Of a DNA stretch of 64,000 nucleotides, positions 35,316 to 45,588 are shown piece after piece. The notes beneath the pieces were generated by a model. That model searched no databases. It was not told the origin of the DNA and was given only the letters and a program-made list of their open reading frames with translations. A program made the translations under genes and the position numbers. The DNA comes from Mycobacteriales bacterium (GTDB lineage Bacteria; Actinomycetota; Actinomycetes; JAFAQI01), in assembly GCA_035550055.1 (NCBI GenBank), contig DASZRO010000018.1:94743-158742 (forward strand), in the 5' to 3' direction. Position 1 is the first letter of the stretch; each line of letters opens with the position of its first letter.

Positions 35316-37354
35316 CTTGCCGCCCGGCGCGGGCCGGCGTGCCCTCGCACGCCGGCCAGCGCCGCGACCAGCGGGCCGGCGTTCGGCGTACCGAGACCGG
35401 TCGAGTCGTCGTAACCACGCAGCGACTGGAGCGTGCCGAGGTTCGACAGGATCCGCAGGCTGTAGGCGACCGGCGACTTGGGGTTGTCGGTGGCGGTGTG
35501 GTCCGGCCGGACGTCAGCCAACGTCGACAGGTCGTCGCGCAGCGGCACCGTCACCGGGTCGTAGAACAACCGCTTGCGCTCGGCCGCCTTGCCGGCCTCG
35601 GCGTAGAGGGTGGGCGTGACCAGCCCGAGCCGCTGGTGGCGTTCGGCGGCCGCCAGCGCGAGCAGCCCGGAGAACAGCGGACACGACACGCTCGTCCCAC
35701 CGATCCGGAACTCGCCGTAGCGGTTCGAGCCGTCGGCGAAGTGCTCCGTCAGTCCGATCAGCATGCCGGTGGTGGTGTCGGCCACCATCGACACGTCGGG
35801 CACGACCCGACCCGGCGCGCTCAGCCCGCCGTACGTCGCCTCGGCCGGCGGGACGACGCCGCGCTGCCATGCCGGCTCGGCGTACGCCGTGCTCACGCCG
35901 CCTCCGGCGCCGGAGCTGAACGCCTTGTCCTTCAAGTCCCACGAACCCTTGTCCAGCTTCGCGATGTCGGTGCCCCAGTACGACTCGGAGATCCGCTTGC
36001 CGTTGGCGCCGACCTCCAGCGTGGTGCCGCCGACCGCCGTCACCTCGGGGCTGGTCGCCGGGAAGTCCGCCTGCCGCTTGCCGCTGGCGGCCAGCTCGTC
36101 GCCGGAGTCGCCGGAGGAGAAGTCGAGCGTGATGCCCTCCGCCGCGGCCTGGTTGGCGACGGCGTCGAAGATCTGCAGGTCGCCCGGGGTCAGGTGCTCG
36201 CCGGCCGCTCCCCAGGAGTTGCTGATGATCGCGACCTTGTCATCGGACACCGCCTGCGCCAGCGCGACGAACAGCGGCTCGATCCCGATCTCGAAGCCGA
36301 CCTCGTTGAGACCGATCGCTCCGCCAATCGCGGCGTAGTAGTCGATGTCGGCACCGGGCGCCATCGCGTGGACCGCCTCGACATCGAGGCTCTCCTCCGG
36401 CTCGACGTCCTGCGGGTCGATGATCGGCAGGACCACCGACACCTCCGGCAGGCTCGACAGACCCGGAAGGACGTGTTGGGTGAGCTGGCCGGACCGCAGC
36501 GCCGGAAGACCCATGTGACGCGACCAGGTGTCGACGTCGGACTCGATCGTCGGCGACGCGTACGGGTCGACGATGCCGACCGCGGCGCCCTTGCCGGTCG
36601 AGGCGACCTGGTTGACGCCGTACGCCGACCGCAGCTGCCCGGCGGTGTAGCCGCACAACGCGTAGGGCTGGTGCTTGCCGAGGTAGGTCGGCAGCGACTT
36701 GGCGATCTTCTGGCCGTAGAAGTGCGAGCACGGCCGGGCGTTCACGTACGCCGGCGCCGGCCCGGCGTCCGTCACGGCGCGGTTCTGGGCGAGTCCCATC
36801 ACGGCCGACACGAACGGGTGCAGCGCACCGGGCAGCGACGGCTCGGTCAGCGGCGAGCGCAGCAGCTCACCGGCCACCCGGAACAACCCGAACGTCGTGT
36901 CGAACACCTTGCCGACGACCGACGCCGCCGCGTGCGCGGTGATCAGCGACGTGCTCGTCGAGTCGATCACGAAGCCGGCGTCGCGAAGCCACGACGTGGC
37001 GGCGGCCACCTCGGCCGCAGTCGGGCCGAACCGCCGCTGGTACTCCGCCCTGGTCAGGAAGTGCCGGTACGACGGCGAGGCCGGGTCGCTGACCCGGGCC
37101 ACCAGCTCGTTGAGCGCGGCCGGGTGGCGGCCCTTCAACAGCAGCGAGACCTGGACCGGCGCGGCCGCGGGCTCGACCCGTGCCGGTGCCACGCCGCGGG
37201 CCCACGACGGGATGGCGTCGAGCACGGCGTCAAGCCGCGGCGCCGACCGGTCCGACGCGGTGGCGGCGAGTGCCGGCGCCCCTGTCGCGGCGATTGCGAC
37301 GACGGCCGCGACCGAGATGAAACGCATGGCGGGGCGAGGCTTCATCGGGCTCAT
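35312..37354 (-). CDS. secreted S53 family peptidase (sedolisin), tandem paralog
   Basis: Same architecture as the previous gene, with GGTSVSCPLFSG. ATGA overlap with the paralog. Confidence 0.85.
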   Translation of the reverse strand: MSPMKPRPAMRFISVAAVVAIAATGAPALAATASDRSAPRLDAVLDAIPSWARGVAPARVEPAAAPVQVSLLLKGRHPAALNELVARVSDPASPSYRHFLTRAEYQRRFGPTAAEVAAATSWLRDAGFVIDSTSTSLITAHAAASVVGKVFDTTFGLFRVAGELLRSPLTEPSLPGALHPFVSAVMGLAQNRAVTDAGPAPAYVNARPCSHFYGQKIAKSLPTYLGKHQPYALCGYTAGQLRSAYGVNQVASTGKGAAVGIVDPYASPTIESDVDTWSRHMGLPALRSGQLTQHVLPGLSSLPEVSVVLPIIDPQDVEPEESLDVEAVHAMAPGADIDYYAAIGGAIGLNEVGFEIGIEPLFVALAQAVSDDKVAIISNSWGAAGEHLTPGDLQIFDAVANQAAAEGITLDFSSGDSGDELAASGKRQADFPATSPEVTAVGGTTLEVGANGKRISESYWGTDIAKLDKGSWDLKDKAFSSGAGGGVSTAYAEPAWQRGVVPPAEATYGGLSAPGRVVPDVSMVADTTTGMLIGLTEHFADGSNRYGEFRIGGTSVSCPLFSGLLALAAAERHQRLGLVTPTLYAEAGKAAERKRLFYDPVTVPLRDDLSTLADVRPDHTATDNPKSPVAYSLRILSNLGTLQSLRGYDDSTGLGTPNAGPLVAALAGVRGHAGPRRAAR

Positions 37355-37393
37355 TTCGCTGGGTGGATCAGACCATCCTGCACGTGAAACGAC

Positions 37394-37429
37394 GAAAGGG
37401 ACCAGCCCGGTACGGGGCTGGTCCCTTTC
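37394..37429 (-). terminator. intrinsic terminator downstream of groEL2
   Basis: GAAAGGGACCAGCCC-ggtacg-GGGCTGGTCCCTTTC, a 15 bp perfect stem followed on the minus strand by a U-rich stretch (TTTCGTCGTTT). Confidence 0.7.
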
Positions 37430-37445
37430 GGGAGTTGGCTGGACT

Positions 37446-39210
<1,765 letters not shown>

Positions 39211-39218
39211 AGCCATTG

Positions 39219-39245
39219 TTAGCACTCGACCCGGTCGAGTGCAAG
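39219..39245. promoter_or_regulatory. CIRCE element (HrcA operator) 2 upstream of groEL2
   Basis: TTAGCACTC-N9-GAGTGCAAG. Confidence 0.75.
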
Positions 39246-39439
39246 CCGTCGGTCGGGGCCCGAAATCCCCGGTCGGTGAGCTCGCGGCGCGTCCCGCGTC
39301 ACGCCCGGCCGAACGTGTCGTTATTGTGTGCGGGCGCGCCCAACCGGGCGCGCGTCGCATTCGCACCGCCAAACCTGTCCGGCGAATGCGTCGCCTTCAA
39401 TCCCAGACGGACGGGGCCGGGGACCCAAAAGTTCTACCC

Positions 39440-39556
39440 AGCAACTGGAACGCGCACGCGCGTTTCACGGAGCGATTCGCTCCTTGGGGTGAAGCCGTCT
39501 CACGACGGCCGGGTGATCCACTCACCCGAACCCGACAGCTAACTCGGCAGGCGTCG
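39440..39556 (+). ncRNA. candidate ydaO-type (c-di-AMP) riboswitch in the NlpC/P60 leader
   Basis: Segments TTGGGGTGAAGCC, CCGGGTGATCC and ACCCGAACCCGACAGCTAACTCGGCAGGCG resemble conserved ydaO blocks. The SD sequence GGAG lies just downstream. Confidence 0.4.
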
Positions 39557-39567
39557 GAGTGGACTTC

Positions 39568-40377
39568 ATGCTGCCTTCGCATACCTGTGCCCGCTTTCGC
39601 ACCGTCGTACTCGCCGGCCTGACCGCCGGTTTGGTCGTGTCCGCCGCCGGTACTGCCTCCGCCGCCCCGACCGGGCGACCCACGAGCACCGCGACCGACA
39701 CCGAGACCCACTCGGGGACGAACTCCGGGTCCCACTCGGGGACGAACTCCGGGACGGCGAGCCCCGCCGACCCCACCCCGACCGACCCGACCACGACGAG
39801 CCCGTCCGACCCGACCGCGCCCACATCTCCTGGCGATCCGGGCGCGGCGACCGGCGATCCGAGCGATCCGACGACCGGCCCGACACTTCCGATCGACCCG
39901 AACCTGCCGGCCATCACCTTCGAGCTGCCGCAGGCCAGCGCCCACTTGCGCTACGAGCGCGCCCGGTTGCGCCGCCGCGAATGGCACCAGCACGCGGTGA
40001 GCGCGGTGCTCACGGAGGCGCGCCGCCAGGCCGGCAAGCCGTACGTCTACGGCGCAGCCGGACCGAGTTCCTTCGACTGCTCCGGGCTGGTCCGCTACGT
40101 CTTCGGCCACGCGATCGGTGACTGGCTGCCGCACAACGCCGCCGCGCAGTACGCCGTCATCGAACACATCAAGCGTCGTGACCTCGAGCCGGGCGACCTT
40201 GTCTTCCAGGAGTCGGGCGGCTACCCGTTCCACGTCGGGATCTACGCCGGCCACGACAAGTGGTGGCACGCGCCGCACACCGGCGCGGTCGTGCACAAGC
40301 AGACGATCTACCGCGGCCACCTGTTCTACGGCCGAGTCCTCACCAGCCGGATGGCCCGGCAGCGCACCCGCCACTAA
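39568..40377 (+). CDS. secreted NlpC/P60 family peptidoglycan hydrolase
   Basis: Signal peptide, a Thr/Pro/Ser-rich linker, and C-terminal YVYGAAGPSSFDCSGLVRYVFGHAIG...H...H. The ATG at 39568 has an RBS; the track's alternative start is at 39559. Confidence 0.8.
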   Translation: MLPSHTCARFRTVVLAGLTAGLVVSAAGTASAAPTGRPTSTATDTETHSGTNSGSHSGTNSGTASPADPTPTDPTTTSPSDPTAPTSPGDPGAATGDPSDPTTGPTLPIDPNLPAITFELPQASAHLRYERARLRRREWHQHAVSAVLTEARRQAGKPYVYGAAGPSSFDCSGLVRYVFGHAIGDWLPHNAAAQYAVIEHIKRRDLEPGDLVFQESGGYPFHVGIYAGHDKWWHAPHTGAVVHKQTIYRGHLFYGRVLTSRMARQRTRH

Positions 40378-40458
40378 GAAAACACAAACGTGACGCGTGA
40401 GCCCTCCTGAGGCGGGTCACCCACCTCAGGAGGCTGCTCTCGTCACGTTTGTGTTCGC
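40378..40458. repeat. nested palindrome P1: GAAAACACAAACGTGACG..[CCTCCTGAGG-loop-CCTCAGGAGG]..CGTCACGTTTGTGTTCGC
   Basis: 15 bp outer arms and 10 bp inner arms read directly. The right arm encodes the C-terminus of the 40426-41352 gene. Confidence 0.8.
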
Positions 40459-41352
40459 TTCGGCACCGAGGTCGAGCAGCCGGCGTACCGCGGTCACGAC
40501 GTACGCCGGATCCTGCGTGACGTCGAACCACGTCACGACGGCAAGGCGCCAGCCGGCGGCGGTGATCGCCGTCCAACGACGCCGATCCCGGCGGAAGTAC
40601 TCGCGCGAGGAGTGATAGGCGTAGCCGTCGCATTCGAGTACGGCGCGCAGCTGCGGCCAGGCGAAGTCGACGAAGCCGACCCAGCCGGTTGCGCTGCTCT
40701 TCAACGAGAGCTGAGTGACCGGGATCGGCAGCCCTTCGCGCCAGAGCAGGACGCGGGTCAGTGACTCGAGCACCGAGCCGCTGAGCGGATCGACCAGGCC
40801 GGCGACGGTCTGGATGCGCAGCCGGCCCGGCCCTTTGGCGCCGCGAGCGACCGCCGCGAACTCCGCGTCGGTGAAGTGGCGCTGCCGGATGAAGGCATCG
40901 ATGATCGCGACCGCCTGGTCGATCGGTGCGTGCCGGGCGATGTCGAGACAGGTACGCAGCGGCGTCGTCACCAGGGCGCCGTTGCGGAACTCGACGTCGG
41001 TGCGCGCAAGGTCCGCACGGTGCAGCCGGACGCCTGCCACCGCCTCGGCGTACCGCCCTCGATGGCGCGGCACCGTCACGTGGATCTGGGTCAACGGCGT
41101 CGGCAGGTCGACGCCGTGCCAGGCGACCGCGGATTGGTAGCTGATCACGGCGTACCAGCCGTTGGCGATCCGACGCGGCTCGGGCAGCGGGTCGCCGACG
41201 GCGTACACCCCGCGTGCGATGCGGGCGACCGAGCCGGTGCTCACGAGCTCACTCAGCACCCGGGCGCTGACCCCGGTCGCGAGCACTTGCGAGCGGGTCA
41301 GGACCCCGCCGTTGTCACGCGCGATCGGGGCGATGAGGGTGAGCGCATCCAC
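40426..41352 (-). CDS. AbiEi_4 (type IV TA antitoxin-like N-domain) plus DUF559 (Vsr/PD-(D/E)xK-like endonuclease fold) protein
   Basis: N-terminal segment GVLTRSQVLATGVSARVLSELVSTGSVARIARGVYAV and C-terminal segment VDFAWPQLRAVLECDGYAYHSSREYFRRDRRRWTAITAAGWRLAVVTWFDV. Confidence 0.75.
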   Translation of the reverse strand: MDALTLIAPIARDNGGVLTRSQVLATGVSARVLSELVSTGSVARIARGVYAVGDPLPEPRRIANGWYAVISYQSAVAWHGVDLPTPLTQIHVTVPRHRGRYAEAVAGVRLHRADLARTDVEFRNGALVTTPLRTCLDIARHAPIDQAVAIIDAFIRQRHFTDAEFAAVARGAKGPGRLRIQTVAGLVDPLSGSVLESLTRVLLWREGLPIPVTQLSLKSSATGWVGFVDFAWPQLRAVLECDGYAYHSSREYFRRDRRRWTAITAAGWRLAVVTWFDVTQDPAYVVTAVRRLLDLGAEANTNVTRAAS

Positions 41353-41439
41353 GGCGGCAACCGTGACGGAGGCAACCTGCGCCGCCCAGACCCAATCGCC
41401 CCCCTGTGGAAATCACCCGCAGGGCGCCCCGGTACGCAA

Positions 41440-41520
41440 GGAAACACAAACGTTGCGGAATCCCGTTATCGCGTTGGAGGTCGCTGGCGAGAACGTGATT
41501 CCTGCAACGTTTGTGTTTCC
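41440..41520. repeat. nested palindrome P2: GGAAACACAAACGTTGC..[GGAATCCCGTT..AACGTGATTCC]..GCAACGTTTGTGTTTCC
   Basis: 17 bp perfect outer arms sharing the AACACAAACGT core with P1. Confidence 0.8.
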
Positions 41521-41577
41521 TTCGGTACGTCGAAGGGCTACGGCGGGTACGGCGGGTCAGCCGGCGGGTACGGCGGG

Positions 41578-41853
41578 TCAGCCGCCGGCTACGGCGGGGA
41601 TGATCGACACCGATGCGCCGTCGGGCGTTGGCGTCTGCAGGCCTTCGGCGAAGCGGACGTCGTCGTCGTTGACGTAGACGTTGACGAACCTGCGGAGCTT
41701 GCCGTCCTCGTCGAGCACCCGCGCCCGGATGCCGGTGTGGTCGGCTTCGAGGGCGTCGAGTACGTCGGCGAGGGTCGCACCCTCCGCGGTGACCTCGGCC
41801 GCGCCGCCGGTCAGCGATCGCAGGATCGTGGGCACGCGCACTGTCACTGCCAT
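41578..41853 (-). CDS. MoaD/ThiS-family sulfur-carrier protein (CysO/MetO-like), C-terminal GG
   Basis: MAVTVRVPTILRSLTGG...RFVNVYVNDDDVRFAEGLQTPTPDGASVSIIPAVAGG* closely parallels M. tuberculosis CysO. Confidence 0.8.
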   Translation of the reverse strand: MAVTVRVPTILRSLTGGAAEVTAEGATLADVLDALEADHTGIRARVLDEDGKLRRFVNVYVNDDDVRFAEGLQTPTPDGASVSIIPAVAGG

Positions 41854-41908
41854 GTCGAGGCCCCCGCGAAGTCGTGGCGCGCGCCGAGACGACGGCGTCG
41901 GATGTCGG

Positions 41909-43165
41909 TCATTGGTGCAATCCTGCCGCACGGAACGCGTCGAGCGTCGCCGGGATCGTCGCCGTCGGCCGGGCGACCGGCTCGACCGCGTCGAGGGTCT
42001 TTAGGCCGTCGCCGGTGTTGAGGATCACCGTCTCGGCCGCTGGGTCGAGCTGGCCCGACGCGAGCAGCTTGCGCAGCGTCGCGACGGTCACCCCGCCGGC
42101 GGTCTCGCCGAAGATGCCGGTCGTCCGCGCGAGCAGCTGGATGCCCTCGACCACCTCGTCGTCGCTGACGTCCTCGATCGCGCCACCGGTACGACGTGCC
42201 ACGTCGAGCGCGTAGGGCCCGTCCGCCGGGTTGCCGATCGCGAGCGACTTCGCGATGCCGCTCGGGCGCACCGGCTGCACGACGTCGTGCCCAGCCCGGA
42301 AGGCGGTCGCCACCGGAGAGCACCCGGACGACTGCGCGCCGAACACCTTGTACGGCGTCGCGTCGACCAGCCCGAGCTTGCCGAGCTCGCGCCAGGCCTT
42401 GTCGACCTTGGTGAGCAGCGAACCCGACGCGATCGGGATGACGACCTGCTCGGGCAACCGCCAGCCGAGCTGTTCGGCGATCTCGTAGCCGACGGTCTTG
42501 GAGCCTTCGGCGTAGAACGGCCGGACGTTGACGTTGACGAACGCCCACGGCAGCTCGCCCGCGACCTCCGCACACAGCCGGTTCACGTCGTCGTAGGAGC
42601 CTTCGACGGCGACGAGCGTGCCGCCGTACACCGCCGTCGTGACGACCTTGCCCGCCTCGAGGTCGTGCGGGATGAACACGACCGACTTCATCCCGCAGCT
42701 GGCGGCAGCGGCGGCGACGGCGTTGGCCAGGTTGCCCGTCGACGCGCAGGACAGTACGTCGAAGCCGAGCGCACGGGCAGCGTTGGCCGCGACGCCGACC
42801 ACCCGGTCCTTGAACGAGTGCGTCGGGTTGCCGCTGTCGTCTTTGACCCACAGCGTCTTCATGCCGAGCTCACGGGCGAGGTTGTCCGCCCGCACCAGTC
42901 GTGTCATGCCGACCTGCAGGTCGACGACCGGCGCGGCCGGCAGCAGGCCGGCGTAGCGCCACATCGTCTGCGGGCCGGCCGCGACCGACTCGCGGGTGAC
43001 CAGGCGTTGCAGGTCCTCGTCATAGGCGATCTCGAGCGGGCCGAAACACATCTCGCAGACGTGCGACGGACCGATCTCGTACTGCGTGCCGCACTCGCGA
43101 CAGACCAGGTGGGACGCCGAGCCGAAGGCAGCGGCGCGCTCTAGCACCGAAGTGGGTGACATCAA
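41909..43165 (-). CDS. threonine synthase homolog with N-terminal zinc ribbon (ThrC/MetM-like PLP fold-II enzyme)
   Basis: Zn ribbon CRECGTQYE...CEMC and the PLP-lysine motif HSFKDR. This is not the canonical thrC type. The sulfur-carrier gene is 55 nt downstream. Confidence 0.8.
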   Translation of the reverse strand: MMSPTSVLERAAAFGSASHLVCRECGTQYEIGPSHVCEMCFGPLEIAYDEDLQRLVTRESVAAGPQTMWRYAGLLPAAPVVDLQVGMTRLVRADNLARELGMKTLWVKDDSGNPTHSFKDRVVGVAANAARALGFDVLSCASTGNLANAVAAAAASCGMKSVVFIPHDLEAGKVVTTAVYGGTLVAVEGSYDDVNRLCAEVAGELPWAFVNVNVRPFYAEGSKTVGYEIAEQLGWRLPEQVVIPIASGSLLTKVDKAWRELGKLGLVDATPYKVFGAQSSGCSPVATAFRAGHDVVQPVRPSGIAKSLAIGNPADGPYALDVARRTGGAIEDVSDDEVVEGIQLLARTTGIFGETAGGVTVATLRKLLASGQLDPAAETVILNTGDGLKTLDAVEPVARPTATIPATLDAFRAAGLHQ

Positions 43166-43288
43166 AGAGGCCTTCCGTCCTCATCTTCCCCCCGGACGGT
43201 TGCCCGAAGGCCGGATGTGGCACCTGCCCGAGACGGGTGGTTGCCGGGGCTTCAACGGGCCGGTTCCCTCAGCCCCTCTTGATGAGAG

Positions 43289-44767
43289 GTGCGCCCGCCC
43301 GAAAGCGGGTGCAGTGATCAGTTTGCCATACGCCGGCCGGCGACAGCCGCCGGGTTTCTTTCGGCTCCTAGTCTTTTGGTCGTGGCAAGCGCCTCGGTTG
43401 TCATCGCGTCGAACCGCGGGCCGCTGTCGTTCTCACGCGACGACGACGGCCGAACCACGTCGCGGCGAGGCGGCGGGGGGCTGGTCTCCGCCATGGCGAT
43501 CGCGGCCGCGGCGCCCGGCGCCGTCTGGGTGTGCGCCGCGTTGTCCGACACCGACCGCGAGGTCGCAGCTGCCGCCGAAGGCGGGCGGGTCGATCTCGCC
43601 GGGTTCGACACCGAAGGCGCCGCGGTACGCATGCTCGGCATCGACGCAGGGGTGCTCGACGGCGCGTACACATCTATCTCGAACTCGACGCTGTGGCCGC
43701 TCAACCACGGCCTCGGGAAGCCGGCGGCGTACGACGAGCGGTGGCGCGAGGACTGGCAGCGCTACGTCGCCTACAACGAGACGTTCGCCGCGGCGATCGC
43801 CGAGGAAGCCGAGCCGCACGCCCGGATCCTGGTGCAGGACTACCACCTGAACCTGGTGCCCGCGGCGCTGCGGGAGCGGCGTCCCGACCTGCGAATCGCG
43901 CACTTCACCCACACGCCGTGGGCGGCTCCCCGAGACTTCGCAACGCTGCCGGACGACGTCGCGCGCGCGGTGATCGAGGGCCTGCTCGGTGCCGACTCTC
44001 TCGGCTTCCACTCCCCGCGCTGGGCCGCGGAGTTCGCGGAGTGCGCGTCGGCACTGGGCATCGAGGTCGCGGTGCCGCTGCGCGTCCATCCGCTGGGGGT
44101 CGACGCAGCGCCGCTGCGCGCCCGGGCAAGCGAGCCTGACGTCGCGCAGCGGCGCGCGGAGCTTCGCGCCGAGGTGGGCGGGGCACGCATCATCGGCCGC
44201 GTCGACCGCACGGAACCGGCGAAGAACATCCATCGCGGGCTGCTGGCCTTCGCCGACCTGCTGCGCCGTCATCCGGAGCACGTCGGCAACGTCGTCCACG
44301 TTGCGCTCGCCTATCCCAGTCGGCAGGACGTCGCGGAGTACCGCGACTACACCGACCTGTGCCGCCAGACCGCGGCGGCGATCAACGCCGAGCTCGGTGA
44401 CGGCGGCTGGCAACCGGTCCACCTCGACGTCAAGGACGACTACGCGCGCTCGCTGGCGACCCTGTCGTCCGCCGACGTCCTGCTGGTGAACTCGTTGCGC
44501 GACGGGATGAACCTCGTCGCCAAGGAAGGTGTGCTCCTCAACGACTGCGCCGGTCTCGTGCTGTCACGGGAGACCGGCGCCGCCGACGAGATGACCGAGG
44601 CGCTGCTGGTCGATCCGCTCGACGTCGAGGCGACCACGGCGGCGATGCACGCCGCGCTGACGATGCCGGACGGCGAGCGCGCCGCTCGCTATGCCGAGCT
44701 CGCCCGGGTCGCGGCCGCCCTGCCGCCGCGCGAGTGGCTCCAGCAGCAGCTCGACGTACTGGGTTGA
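43289..44767 (+). CDS. otsA: alpha,alpha-trehalose-phosphate synthase
   Basis: GT20 signatures (VVIASNRGP, LVQDYHL, GADSLGFHSPRWA, NSLRDGMNLVAKE). An alternative GTG start lies near 43382. Confidence 0.85.
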   Translation: MRPPESGCSDQFAIRRPATAAGFLSAPSLLVVASASVVIASNRGPLSFSRDDDGRTTSRRGGGGLVSAMAIAAAAPGAVWVCAALSDTDREVAAAAEGGRVDLAGFDTEGAAVRMLGIDAGVLDGAYTSISNSTLWPLNHGLGKPAAYDERWREDWQRYVAYNETFAAAIAEEAEPHARILVQDYHLNLVPAALRERRPDLRIAHFTHTPWAAPRDFATLPDDVARAVIEGLLGADSLGFHSPRWAAEFAECASALGIEVAVPLRVHPLGVDAAPLRARASEPDVAQRRAELRAEVGGARIIGRVDRTEPAKNIHRGLLAFADLLRRHPEHVGNVVHVALAYPSRQDVAEYRDYTDLCRQTAAAINAELGDGGWQPVHLDVKDDYARSLATLSSADVLLVNSLRDGMNLVAKEGVLLNDCAGLVLSRETGAADEMTEALLVDPLDVEATTAAMHAALTMPDGERAARYAELARVAAALPPREWLQQQLDVLG

Positions 44768-44768
44768 G

Positions 44769-45578
44769 TCAGCCGGCGTCGAGCATGTCGGCCAGACCGG
44801 CCAGCCACGCGACCGCCGCAACCGGACCCGCCAGCACGAGGTCGGCGCGTGCCGCCACCTCCCGCGGCGAGTCCGGGTCCGCGGGGTCGGCGACCGCCAC
44901 CGTCAAGCCCGACACCGCCGCGTCGCGACGCAGCCGTTCCACCTCGGCGTACGCCGGCAGGTCGCCGAGGTCGTCGCCGAGGTAGATCACCGTTCGCGCG
45001 CCGGAGTCGGTGACCAGCCGGCGCAGCGCCTCCCCCTTGTCGACCCCGCGCGGGCGCAGCTCGATGACATAGCGGCCGGGCACCGCCTCCAGGTCGCAGT
45101 CGGCCGCGAGCTCCAGCAGCGCCGGGCGCAGCGCCGCGAGCGCTGCGGTCGGGTCGGCGGCGCCCCGGGTGTGGACCGCGACCGAGTGCGTCTTGTCCTC
45201 CGTCTGTACGCCGGGATCGGCCGTCGCGAGCAGCTCGGCCAGCCGGGCGCGGGCACGTCCGACGCCTTCGACCGGCGCAGGCGTGGTCAGCGAACCCTCG
45301 CGCCAGCTCTGCAAGCCGTAGTGGCCGAGCACCTGGATCCCGGACTGCGCGGTCAGCCCGGCGAGGCCGAGGACCTCCTCGGCGGCCCGACCGCTGACGA
45401 TCGCGACGGCGCCGATCCGGGCCGCGAGTGCGGTCAGCGCGTCGACCGCACCGGGCGCCGGCCGGGCGTCCTGCGGGCGGGACACGATCGGAGCCAGGGT
45501 CCCGTCGAAGTCCACCGCCACAACCGCCGACGACGGGTCGGCCAGCAACGCCGCAACGGCATCAGACGTGACCGCCAT
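44769..45578 (-). CDS. otsB: trehalose-phosphate phosphatase (HAD-IIB)
   Basis: HAD motif I VAVDFDGTL and the conserved OtsB core. Confidence 0.85.
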   Translation of the reverse strand: MAVTSDAVAALLADPSSAVVAVDFDGTLAPIVSRPQDARPAPGAVDALTALAARIGAVAIVSGRAAEEVLGLAGLTAQSGIQVLGHYGLQSWREGSLTTPAPVEGVGRARARLAELLATADPGVQTEDKTHSVAVHTRGAADPTAALAALRPALLELAADCDLEAVPGRYVIELRPRGVDKGEALRRLVTDSGARTVIYLGDDLGDLPAYAEVERLRRDAAVSGLTVAVADPADPDSPREVAARADLVLAGPVAAVAWLAGLADMLDAG

Positions 45579-45588
45579 CGTCGTCGGT

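Noticed and set aside
35339-37387. 682 aa plus-strand ORF, and other long antisense ORFs such as 46560-47975, 51625-53334, 10583-12517 and 48159-49775
   Set aside because: All are antisense to genes with strong family signatures (S53 peptidase, gdh, cysS, the MFS/hypothetical genes, BBE oxidase). These are GC-driven stop-codon-poor frames.
43289-43382. Alternative upstream start for otsA and the long ORFs overlapping it (43433-44422 on minus)
   Set aside because: The antisense ORF is low-complexity. The otsA start choice between ATG 43289 and GTG 43382 cannot be resolved from sequence alone, so the longer form is kept with a note.
44767-44769. otsA/otsB convergent genes separated by 1 nt
   Set aside because: Tight convergent ends are common in this compact genome, and no terminator structure is apparent. 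Not informative by itself.
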